A program made the position numbers and the translations under genes. Under the pieces are notes generated by a model. That model saw only the letters and a list, made by a program, of their open reading frames with translations, had not been told where the DNA came from and did not search any database. A DNA stretch of 64,000 nucleotides. Origin: Chthoniobacterales bacterium (GTDB lineage Bacteria > Verrucomicrobiota > Verrucomicrobiia > Chthoniobacterales > Chthoniobacteraceae). Positions 21,301 through 29,700 of this stretch are shown here, piece after piece. Where the stretch lies: assembly GCA_038207335.1 (NCBI GenBank), contig JBBQZX010000020.1, positions 32,001 to 96,000 of the forward strand. The letters are read 5' to 3'. Numbering within the stretch: position 1 is the first letter of the stretch; every line of letters begins with the position of its first letter.

Positions 21301-23371
21301 GGTCGATGCCGGAGGCTGAGCCAAATTGCCCAAAGGTGCGATTGAACGAGAAGCCAGATGTGACGGCCAACGATCCGGTGAATGCGGAGGTGTTGCCGGT
21401 GAAAGCAACGGTGCCGGGCGCGGACGTGGCGAAGTCGCCCAGCCTCGTCGAGGTCAGCGTGATCCCGCCGCTCCCAGTGACCACGCCTGAGATTACCAGA
21501 CTCGCACCCGGATCGGTTGCGGGCTGTCCACCAGCGATCGCGTCGAGCGTTACGCTCGCGCCGCTGTTGACCGCGAGATTCCCCGAGAGCGTCGTCGTCG
21601 CCGCATTCACGACATCCTGGATCGTCGTGCCCAAACCAGTGACGGTGATGTTATTCGAGTACGTGTTGCCGACGCCCGACGTCGTCGCGCCTTTCGTATC
21701 GATGACCAGCCCCGTCCCCGCACCACTGAGCGTTACGCTAGCCGAGCCGATGGGATTATTCGCGCCGCCCGCCGTGCTGCCGACCACCCCGATTGCGCCA
21801 CCCTGCACGTTGATGGTCGTCGTCGCACCGAGCGCATTCGCCGTCGCGGTCTGGCCGAAAATCAGCCGTCCCGTGCCGATCTTGTTAATGGTCATTGCGT
21901 TCCCGCTGTCGCTCACCACGCCATCGAGCGCGATGTTCGGCGCCCCGCCGAGAGTCACGCTGCCCGCGCCGCTTCCGAGAAGCGCGGTCCCAGCAAAACG
22001 CACCGTTTTTCCCGCAAGCCCGGTGACCTGCAACGTCGAACCCGACTCGATTCCCAGCACCCCGAATTGCACCTGCGTAAACGCGCTGCCATTCAAGTTC
22101 ACAGTCGAAGTTCCGCCGCCGCTGACCGTGACGTCATCGCCGATGCCCGTGCCGATCACGATTGCGTTGCTCGATGCCGCCGCGGTGTTTGATTCTGCCT
22201 GAAAAAGCACGCCGGTCGGGATGGCGCCAAATGCCGCCTGGTCCGGCCCGCGGTAACCGACCAAAAGGCCGGCGCCACCCGTGCCATTCACGTAATCGAC
22301 ACGGATATCGTGCAAGCCAGTGCTCAGGATGAAACCGGGCCCCGTGTTCACGGTGCCAACGCCTTTCGGCCCGTCGTTGTTCACCACGAGCACGCCATCG
22401 ATATAGACGCGGCTGCCATCGTCCGAGTTAGTCCCGAAGGAATAGCTGCCTGCGTTCGTAATATTGAGCTTGCCCAGCCATTGGATGCCCAAATTCACAT
22501 TGGTGCCGCCGGCGACAGTGCCCGTGTTGTTGAGCTGCGTATCGGTCCGCGTGGCGGTGAGCGCGCCGTTGCCGCCGGCCGTCTGCGTAAAATCGATGCG
22601 GCTCGTGTCGCCCAAAGCTGTGCCCGTATTGAAAACGCGCCCGGAAATTCCCGCCAAAGACGTATCCGCCGTCGGTGTCAGATCGAGCGTCGATCCCGCA
22701 GACAGCGTAATCGCGTTATTGCTCAAAGAATTAATGGGCGATGGGCCGCTCGTCACGGTGGCGGAGAGAGTGCCGGACGCGACCTGAATCCCGCCGGTAA
22801 AAGTATTCGCGCCAGTCAACACGAGCGTGCCCGCGCCGGTTTTCCGGAGGCCGTTCGTTCCAGCGACGATGCTGTCGATGTTCGCCGAGTCCCCAAGAGT
22901 CGTCACGCCGATCGTCGGCGTCGCTCCCGCGAGCGTGAGCACGTCGGTCGGGATGCTGGAGACAATGTTGTAGCCAGTAGTATTGAAAGTCAGACCATTC
23001 GCCACCACACCGGCACCCGCATTGCTGATCGTCACCGTGCCTGCACCACCTTGAAACACCGCGATCGAATTCGCAAGGTTAGGCCACGCCACATTGTCCG
23101 CGGTTACCGGGTCCGTTCCCGTGGGATCCCACGAGTGATTTGCCGCCACAGTGTCCCAAGTCCCGGACCCGCCGAAAGCGCCGTCTCCATCGAGAGTCGG
23201 GTCCCAGTAAAAAGTCGCCGCGTTAGAGGCCGCTGCCATGCCGAGGACGGCGGCGACCGTGGCGGCGGAGCCGAGCCGGGCCAGCGAATAGCTCAAAGGC
23301 CGCGGTTTGGCAGTGCGGATGCGCACGGAGTCGAGGAGGCTGGGCGTAGAAGAGGGTATCGTGGAGCGCAT
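12353..23371 (-). CDS. Giant PEP-CTERM-sorted surface protein (3672 aa) with autotransporter-associated beta-strand repeats and a PA14 domain
   Basis: ORF 12353..23443; ATG at 23371 (MRSTIPSS...) matches the start of gene 3. Signal peptide ending AASNA|ATFYWDP; PA14-like YSFGTNSDDGSRVYIDG...GLHDIRVDY; C-terminus VPEP + hydrophobic helix + RFRRR. Confidence 0.93.
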   Translation of the reverse strand: MRSTIPSSTPSLLDSVRIRTAKPRPLSYSLARLGSAATVAAVLGMAAASNAATFYWDPTLDGDGAFGGSGTWDTVAANHSWDPTGTDPVTADNVAWPNLANSIAVFQGGAGTVTISNAGAGVVANGLTFNTTGYNIVSSIPTDVLTLAGATPTIGVTTLGDSANIDSIVAGTNGLRKTGAGTLVLTGANTFTGGIQVASGTLSATVTSGPSPINSLSNNAITLSAGSTLDLTPTADTSLAGISGRVFNTGTALGDTSRIDFTQTAGGNGALTATRTDTQLNNTGTVAGGTNVNLGIQWLGKLNITNAGSYSFGTNSDDGSRVYIDGVLVVNNDGPKGVGTVNTGPGFILSTGLHDIRVDYVNGTGGAGLLVGYRGPDQAAFGAIPTGVLFQAESNTAAASSNAIVIGTGIGDDVTVSGGGTSTVNLNGSAFTQVQFGVLGIESGSTLQVTGLAGKTVRFAGTALLGSGAGSVTLGGAPNIALDGVVSDSGNAMTINKIGTGRLIFGQTATANALGATTTINVQGGAIGVVGSTAGGANNPIGSASVTLSGAGTGLVIDTKGATTSGVGNTYSNNITVTGLGTTIQDVVNAATTTLSGNLAVNSGASVTLDAIAGGQPATDPGASLVISGVVTGSGGITLTSTRLGDFATSAPGTVAFTGNTSAFTGSLAVTSGFSFNRTFGQFGSASGIDLAGGATMNYLFDGNGSGTPGSSPIVSQNLASENVVFGDNVTVSGAGTATIVANRLGTTFAPLFPAAVNKTARLGTLSIGTQTLSITNTNGYGVDFTGATTLTGASTFSVANTNISTVVPGLTLSGAVNGAFGFTKTGAGTLLLSNAANGFTGDINVTGGALAFSNDLALGAAANQVILNGAGATLRAVGTTPIVSGRTIQINSAANSFIEVAEGQSLTLSSAFGGAAAGAFTKADNGILILNAASANTGASVVNAGVVRLTNAASLGATAATIGVSGVFGAAVQLANNITVPNQIIINNSAANVATGGVNFGGQLENFSGTNSVTGVVTLNADAAIGSTSGVLNINGGINNPTATTRAIYLTGAGTINVNSSITSATATANQYFALQKYGSGTLNFTTAQPFTLATGSTQNLTFLDGTTNFSGNGSLIGTPTIAATINPNAILNLDNTSTNVADRLGVTRPVTVSGGTLNFTANAAGTATTMGVLTTNFAAKISSNQAGAGAATLTFASAAFGANSASIEFTGTNLGTANNRIIITAAPTTVPATTGILARASINSGSGLDFVSYNNTGAVANTNGIQAFATYNVANSIDAAAATDTLNVTAAPAFANGSKTINALKLTGTGINVASTGTIGNTPTTLTLTAAAILATGGLNTISAPALAFGTGELWAHVDAGATLTLSSALGGGTTGMTKADGGTLILAPVASAIAGITPSNISGTFGLNGGTLQIGSNNAYTPNQFLRVGPAATLDLNGKLQAFRGILSDTSLEATTLGQHGTITSSSGTGNLVTNLDNSARSWSGQITGTVNLLRSGENTWSVFSNNTYTGNTLLNGGTTTLRDGGRLSGSNTIDINYGVLTLDNNAGFRDESNRIKDTATVTLRGGVINLTGRAQTASSETIGSLVLAEGNSNITVAGGGTNVNSADLTFGSLVQQNSATINVNTLNGQIGSAGRLLFTTAPTLTNGILPYFVSGGNDLVTYIPGLGIAAINAAGGRGYDALAFPATFTNGSQNIKLSNATFTIPDAPTNSYELNAISWTANTAGQSINFADAADTLNLTSGLLNKSGNQLGNIGATLDSGRLTAGGNVAATGQTQNLYITMNTGGNALTVNSRIVDNTNSDRVRLVFTAYNGATLTLANNLNSYSGGTVVNGGVSFTGVLNVGSTGIIPAGGLTINRATVAQAVGGVINSANVPVLNGGATLTLSGDNTLAGVVFNNAGGSVNGNTLNTTSNGILGTLTIGASGLSATSSNVSSTSQIVGRVDFGTTAKTVAIDPIFFNGVDINPTQGTLALQGIVGSAGGINKTGLGSLTLNAQQTYTGPTNVIQGGIITNFGGVALTGPVAGSRFSAYTFAAGTTLNLINDAMIGSLAGAGTVTNSSTTDRTFGVGFDNTDTTFSGQFLRFSDARLTPFSVNKFGSGTLTLTGVSNDNNSLNVRVGGVTFAGTGRGTFGTDSIFPTGTLTLDNRNAQGGNVNNRLGGFTNVGTLNPAGGSFVAFGNETAANPTSEVIGTVTFGSGGSTVTLNADANNPLTLTVGTTFSGVQGGASALIRGTGFGSAPGNGVGTISLGALGLNAPTGAGNGANGTQTMAIRPDLIGGTTATSLGTAFITKDTVGNYLRPLDASELASTLTTATTASTNVALSANTLITGSAPGATLSSQNLAFSLTLNAGGGVSIGSSPAFGRYTGGAALVQTKIGSGGFLALAGNTGITSGQIDTSNNTAFNFHTPGAATVLTLDGYLGTTNGGLVKSDDGTVNLNTASYYTGTTTVNAGTLAITSGVNNSIQAVTTAGAPTLSALRVNAGVFELNGTSQMVGTLDSNSFATGGSVRNSAVGTPATLSTVTGAAASFGGTIDGNLNFVKSGNNELILTNPSSYSGTTTVRGNNLRIRDAGTLASTGFDINFGGLILDNSALTPLAALNPVRISASSTVNLRGGSLTLLAGGSTDTAATLNAVNVLQGHNAIVSGSTAGTTAGSTAVINIGNLVTAGSDVTATFVGGTSGFFSNLPGFGSGQVYIGSINGTPIPANITNKILGGWALANNGEFLTYIQPGTAGNTAGINYGVTTLNSNFAGIGQTSYDFNQATLPVSTPTANVRLSTAGTAAVPAAGATYNVLAVRAAVTAITFTNAADRLNLGAGGLALTNGGTVVGTTALPGVITSGGTATGTSPLYLYSAGANNTINSVIANNGTAGALTRFVAVPIANSLILANVNTYTGGTVVNGAGGTLNLNGATPSAAQILAGQAEIPAGGLTLNNALVTMTTNAGQIDPTNAVTLNGGSSLTLFGSNTLSNVTFNNIGGFAAANPTVATATALALSAPDAITVTNDNIGSVPSISGTALTFSNASPVISTTGAAPTSLSITAPITSAGASGISKQGDGSVFLSGVSTFTTGFKLDAGTLIVGVSSTGTLPAITNGPVGTGTLSIGTGTTLHSTNNFTVGNPTSVAGDFTLGGTTTIGTNQTLTLSGAMTLAAGAHTITVSSPFITDTISGAVSGGTNLTKAGPGTLTLSAANSYGGTTNVAAGVLKLGNAGAIPNTSSPTINAGAVLDINGIANVSLRGLTGTGLITNSGAAQNVYVGGLTTTDSASAFDSTFDGVITNGANAFNLVKTGVGNLTLTGANSFTGSVNLNPSATTSGGRVTITNSLALGGGNKTVTNITNVAGSLQGSLHLDGSTANGPVVLGSNISFNTSQGSLTSPAIVNDAGNNVINGNFTLNSGGGSTSIFSNGGSLTLNGTFTPNTNGRFLLLGGSAAGQINGVIADQTVPNFLSVTKSGSGKWTIANNTNTYTGPTLVSDGTLIVNGSISGSATTVSGANSVLGGSGTVKSVTVNTGGTVAPGNGPGVLTVASTFSLDSTSHLAIEINSPGVAGLTYDQVSVGGAINLGNASLDLAIGFAGGNTQDIFTIILNNSGSAVTGTFAGLANASLVVAPNGQMYTISYFDDPNTPAFETSGGNSVALLAVPEPNAFAMLLGSVGVALGLNRFRRRAV

Positions 23372-23416
23372 AATCGGGGAGTTTCTTGGGGAGGGCTGTT
23401 GAGCTCGAAAGTGAGC

Positions 23417-23500
23417 GCAAGTTGCTATAGCGTAATCCGACAAAACGCAGCGTCGAGGGAAAAAGATTGCCGCGGTGCAATTCTTTTACTTTACCCGAAA
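23417..23500 (-). promoter_or_regulatory. Conserved upstream element of giant gene 2
   Basis: Minus strand TCGACG-N16-TACGCT; palindromes TTGC-tatagc-GTAA and TTGC-cgcggt-GCAA at the same offsets (within 1 bp) as upstream of gene 1. Confidence 0.65.
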
Positions 23501-23726
23501 ACTCGAGAGACTTGAGGGGGCAGCACCCTAAATTTCGGAGAGGTCCGGTAGTGTCACAGAGCTCTCCAGCCCCGTGCAACCGCCGAGTGCCGCAAGAAAT
23601 CGTGGACAGCACCCGCGTGCAACCGAAGGTCCAGAAAAAGACGCTGGCGCGACCCGATATCCAGAGTAACCCGCCTCCGACGGCTGCGTGTCGCCCGAAT
23701 CCCGGAGCGGCTCAGGCCGAGCGCTC

Positions 23727-26700
23727 TTACGCCACGCGGCGGCGGAAGCGGTTCAGGCCGAGAGCGACGCCTACGCTGGCGAGGAGCATCGCAAAGGCGT
23801 TTGGCTCAGGGACTGCGAGGAGCGCAACGCTGTTGCCGCCACTCGTCTCGAACACCGTCGGCGTGCTCGGGTCGTCGAAGTAGCTGATTTGATACATCTG
23901 GCCATTGGGGGCGCTCACGATCCCGGCGTTTGCGAGCCCGGCGAAAGTGCCGGTCACCGCGCTGCCGCTGTTGTTCAAGATGATCGTGAAGATATCCTGC
24001 GTATTGCCTCCGGCGAATGTGCTCGCCACGTCGAGGCTTGCGCCGCCGAGCGAAATTGCGCCACCGACGGAGAGTTGGTCGTAAGTCACGCCTGCCACTC
24101 CCGGCGCGCTGATCTCGATCGCCAGATGTGATGTCGAATCCAAGCTGAATGTGCTCGCAACGGTCAACACGCCAGGGCTGTTGCCGGGTGCAACGGTGCC
24201 ACCGGTGTCTGCAGCCACACTCAAGACCGTGCCGCTACCGCCAAGAGTCGCAGTAGCACCGCTGACAGTCGCGGCACTTCCGCTGATGCTGCCATTGACG
24301 AGGAGCCTGCCATCCGTGACCGAGGTCGGGCCGGGGTAGCTGTTGGTGCCCGCGAGAATAAGCGTGCCGGGACCGGTCTTTGCGAGGCCCGTGCCATTGT
24401 TGATCGATGCCACGTTGCTCAGCGTGCCGCTGCGGAAGTTGAGATTCGTGATTGCAGTCAGACCACCAATGGCGTGGCCAGTGAGATCGAGCGTGCCGCC
24501 GTCGAGCGTCACCGAGGTCGTGGTGCGGGTCGTCGAGGCGCTCGTGATGGCGCCGGCCAGCGTGACCGTGCCGCCAGTCACCGAGAACGAATCGGACGTC
24601 GAGACGAAGGCGTTTGCGGACGTCAGATTGGCGAGTTGGATCGAGAAGGCGCCCGTCGTACCGATATTTACCGTGCCGCCGGTGATGTTGAAATTGCCAA
24701 CATCGGCAATCGCCGTCGCCGCGCTCGTCGAGCCCCCGCGAGTCCCGCTCACGGTGCCCATCGATACTCCGCCGCTGCCGACCGTTACATTCCCTCCGCC
24801 AATCTGCAGGGTGCTCGTCAGTGTCGTGCCCGCAATGCCAGGGACGTTCGTTGCCGAGCCGACCGTGTCGTTACCAACGGCCACGCTCGTCGCATCCAAG
24901 GTTCCAGCGTCAAACTTGAAGTCATAGTTCTGCGTCGCGGTGCGGCCTTGGTTGCCGATGGTCAGTGAGCTAATGAGCAGGTCGGAGGAATGCCCGGTGA
25001 AGTCGGCCAAGTTGCCCGTTACCCCGGCACCGTTGTTTACGCCGGTCACACCGCTGGAGCCGCCGACGCTGAAGGCTGCGCGACCTGTCCCCGCCGCGTT
25101 GCGGAGGACGACCGTGCCATTGCCTGCCGCGATGGTGAGCGAACCAACGTCGCGTCCGCCCGTGCCAATGTTCACGTTATTCGCATTGATCGTGGTCAAG
25201 CCGGTGCCGAGCACTGCGGAGTTGATTTGGCCAGCGCCGGCGTTGTTGCCGCCGCCATCGCCGATATTGAAGTTGTTAGCCGCCAGCGTGGTCACCGCGG
25301 TCCCGCTCGCGACCGCCGGTGTCGGCAGCAGCAGCGTGCCGGTATTGCCGACGACATTCGTGCCGGTGGTGTTGCCGACGCCGATGGTGCCGGTGGCGCT
25401 CACGTTGATGCTAGCGGAGTTCAACCCCGTCAGATCAAGCGTCGCTGCCTCAGAGAAAGCACTCGTCGTATTGCCGCCGACCCGCACCGTGCCGCCAGCC
25501 GCGGTCGCCACAATGAGATCGCCGCCTCCACCGATGTTCAGCCGACTCGTCTGATTCGCGACGGTGGCGACCGGGCCAATGGAGACGTTGCCGTTCACGG
25601 TGAGAGTCCGGTTATTGGCAACAGTGATGACATTCGCCGCCGTGCCGCTATTTAGAGCGGTGCTGACGCTCGCAAACGATTGATTGAAGCCGTTCAAGTC
25701 GAGCGTACCGACCGTGGAAAGATTCGCGCCGAGAGTTAGCGCAGTCGCCGGCAATCCGTTGTCAGCGCTGGTCTGGAGAGTGCCGGCGGCGACCACCGTC
25801 GCGCCGGTGTAAGTGCTCACCGGGAGGATCAACGTGCCGGTGCCGGTTTTGGCGAAGCCGACCGCACCAGTGACGGCCGCGCTCGTGAAGGTGCCGCCCA
25901 GAGCATTCGTCGTGTCGAGACTCAGGACCGACGTGTTGTTCGCAAAGGTCGTGTTGGCGAGCTGGGTAGCGACATCCGAATTCTGGAATTCCCCATTGCC
26001 GCCAACGTTCAGGCCGAGCGTCGCGCCCGCCGCCACCGTGAAGGCGCCCGTCGTCGGGACCGCCGACAATCTCGAAAGCACTAGGGAGCCGGCGCTCACT
26101 GCCGTGCCGCCGGTGTAGGTATTGCCGCCGCCGAGGGTGAGTAGATTCGTGCCGACCTTGGTCAGCTTGCCCGTGCCGATGAGTGGCGCGTTCAAGGTGA
26201 TCGCGCCGCCCGAACTGCCGCCGATCGAGGTGTCGCTCGCCAGCGTGATCAGGCCGGCGAAGCTCGCGTTCGTCGCGCTTCCGTTCGTCAACGCGCCGAG
26301 GCTGGCGGTGCCGGTGCCATTCAGCGTCAGCGGTTCGGCGGCGGCGTTGGTTCCGCCGTTGAGATTGATGCCCGCGCCGCTGGCGACGAATGTGCCCGCT
26401 GCGACTGAGCCGAGGGGGTTCACGCCGCCGCTGGTGCCGCCGAATGTCAACGTGCCCGCATTGACGAAGATGCGGCCTGCGAAGTTGCTGAAATTGCTCG
26501 TGCCGTTGCCGAGAGAGAGCGTGCCGACGCCAATCTTCGTAAGGTCGCCCGAGCCTTGCAGCTCCGCATTTGTGCTAGCTACGCCGGCGCCGCTGCCGTC
26601 GTCGAGCGTGAGAGTGAAGCCGCTGCCGACATCAAGGGTGCCGCCGCCTGCACCGAAGTTGAAGACGAAGCCGGTGTTAGTCGCCGAAGGACCATTGTCG

Positions 26701-29700
26701 TTGTAAGTGTTCGTGGCGCGGAAGGTGGCCCCGTTCGTGAAGTTCATCATCCGGAAGGTCGTGCCAAGCTGCCCGCCAAGCACCGTGGTCGCGGTATTCG
26801 TGAGGGAGGCGGCTAGAACGCCGCCGGTCAGGTTGATGGAACCCGTGAACGCACTGACGGCGGTGGGCGTTAGTGTCCCGGCGCCCGACTTCGTCAGCGA
26901 GCCTGCGGTGGCCGTCGAGCTGACGAGCGGCGCGCTAATGGTCAGCGAGGCACCGGTGTTGGTGTTAACGATGAACTCGTTCGCCGTGCCCGCGCCGATG
27001 ACGCCGGTGCCGCTGATCGTGTAGGCATTTGAGGTGCCGCCTGCGTAAAGCAGACCGCCCGCCGTGCCGCTGAAGGTCATCGCATTTGCGCCGAGTGCAA
27101 GCGCTTGGGCCGCGGCTGTGTCCGTAATTTTGAGCGAGTTGAATGTCGTCGCGCCAGTGAGCGTGGAGGCACCAGAGAGCGCGTAGTTCACCGTGATCGT
27201 GCCGCCGGTCGTCGGCATCGCGGTGTAGGAGCCCGCCGCGAGCGCGATGATGTTGGTGCCCGATTTCGTGGCCCAATCAGTGCCGCCGACCGTCGCGTAG
27301 CCGCCGAGGATGCCGCCTGCGCCGTTGCCGGTGGAAGTGGTCACGCCGTTCGTCGCGCTCTGCGTACCGGTCGGCAGGGTGAAATTGACCACCCCGCCCG
27401 CGTTGCGCGTGATCGCGCCGAGGTTGAGCACGAGGGGATTCGCGGTTGCATTCGCCGTGAGCGAAATAGCCGAGCCGCCGAGCGCCACGGTCGTGCTAGC
27501 GACCGTCTGGCTGTTGGTCGTGCTCGCCTTGCCCGTGAGCGCGAGCGTGCCCGCGCCGGTCGTCAGCGTTGAAGTCGCGGCGAGGATGTTCGCCGTTGGA
27601 GTCGCATTCGCGAAGTCGAGCGTGAGCGTGCCGCCGGCCAGCGTTGTCACGCCGGTGTAAGTATTCGCGCCGTTCAGGCTCCACGCGACCGGGCCCGTTT
27701 TCGTCAAGTTCGTCGCGCTGGCGCTGTTCACGATGGCGCCGGAGATGAGGCCGCTGCCCGCGCCGTAGCCAGTGAGCGTGAGCGTTTTGATGCCTGCGCC
27801 GGTCGCCGTGAAATTGCTGCTGAAGCCAAGCACTCCACTGCCCGATTGCTCAAGGATCGCACCCGCGGTCGTGCCGGCGAGATTGATCACGCGGTCGGTC
27901 GTTTCACCCGTGCCGACGTAACGCAGGGTGGAGGTGTTGCTGCCACCCACGTTGATCGTGCCGTTCCCGACCGTGGTCGGCGCGCCGAGGCTGCTGCTCG
28001 CGGAGCCGCCGGTGACTTTATTGAGCAAACTCGCGACCACCACGCCCGACTGAATGTTCGTCGCGCCGGTATAAGTGTTCGCGCCGTTCAGGATCACCGT
28101 GCCGATGCCGGCGTTGAAAAAATCGAGCGCGCTGCCGGTCCCATCGGCGATCGGGGCGTTGATCACGAGGGTCGCGCCCGCGACTGCGCCGACATCGCCA
28201 TTGTTTGGCGTGAGCAGCAACGAACCACCGGTGCTCGCATTGACCTCGCCATACACGCCGCCGGTCACTTGGAGCAAAACACCGCCGTCCACACCGAGCG
28301 TCGTCGCGACGTTTTGCACGTCCACCGCGCCGTTGTTGCTAAATTGCAGCCGGGGAATGTTTCCGCCCGTGATGTTGATCTTGCCGTTCGCGGCCTGCAC
28401 GATCGTCCCAGTCCCCGTGAGCGGCGCAGCGAAAGTGTAGGCGCGGTCGCCGCGATTGAGCGTCAGCGTGCCGTTGACGGCCAGCGTGCCGGTGCCGATC
28501 GAGCCAGTCAGGCCACCAGCGCCGATCTGCAGCGTGCCGCCCGCGACCGTGATGTTGCTGCTGACGAGTGCGTTGTCCGCCGCGAGCACCAGCGTGCCGG
28601 AGTTCACCGTCGTCGTGCCGGTCAAATCATTTGTGTTGGCGAGGACGACCGTGCCGACATTTTGCACCACGAGGTCGTTTGCGCCAGTGAGCGCGTTCGC
28701 GTTCGGAAGCGTCAGCGTGCCGCCGCCACCGCCGAGGCGGTAGGTCGTGCCGTTTGGCGTGAGCGTGCCCGTGTAGCTAGCCGCGCCGGTCGCGCCGAGG
28801 CTGGCCGCAGTGAAGTTCGCGCCCGCGGCGCTGAAATCGAGGTTGTTCGAGCTGTTCACCCCGCCTAGCGCCACCGCGCCGACCGACGTGTTCACGATGC
28901 GCCCGAGAAACGCCTGATCGATCGCGTAGCCCGCCGCCGCCGCGCCGTTCGCGTTCACGGTCACGTTTGCGCCTGCGCCGGCGATGGCGGCCGAGGAGCT
29001 ATAACGCACGTTGGCATTCGTGATTCCCGTCACTCCGGCAAAGCTGTTCGTACCGGAGAGGGTCAAGGTTCCCTGCGTCGTCGAACTGCCAGAGTTCACC
29101 GTCAGGCCTCCCGGACCCGACACGTCACCGTTAATCGTGAAACTATTCGCGGTCGTCACCGTCTGGAAAAAGCGCAACCCAGCGACCGCGTCTCCCGCGA
29201 GGGTGATCGGGCCGGAGTAAATTCCGTTAGCCCCGCTGTTCGCGCTGATGGTGGTGCCGGTATTGAGCGTGATCGCGTTGCCAACGTTGACGTTCGAATT
29301 CACCACTTCGCCAGTGCCGCTGACGGTGACCACGCCATCGCCGGCCGCCGTCGCATTTTGCAGCTCGAGGTAACCCGCGCTGACGTTCCAATTGGAATGC
29401 AGGTTCGGCTGCGCCCCGTTGATCTGAAAGTCGCCGGCCCCGATCTTACTAATCGTTGTCCCGACTGCTCCCGTCAGCAGATTCGCCCCCGCGAGCACCT
29501 TGCTGGCGGTCGGGCCGGTCGTGGTGTTGACGGTGCTGTCCGCAGCGAAAGTCAGGCCACCCGCGCCCAGAGTGAGCTGGAAACCCGTGGATGTGAGCGT
29601 GCCGCCGCTCAGCGTGATCGCATTGGCCACCGTCACCGCCGCCGTCGTCTCGAGCGTGCCGCCGGTCGGGATGCTCACCGGACCGGTCCCGAGCCCGCTG

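Noticed and set aside
23372..23443. Longer start for gene 2 given by the ORF track
   Set aside because: Extension overlaps the conserved promoter element; ATG 23371 matches the paralog's N-terminus.
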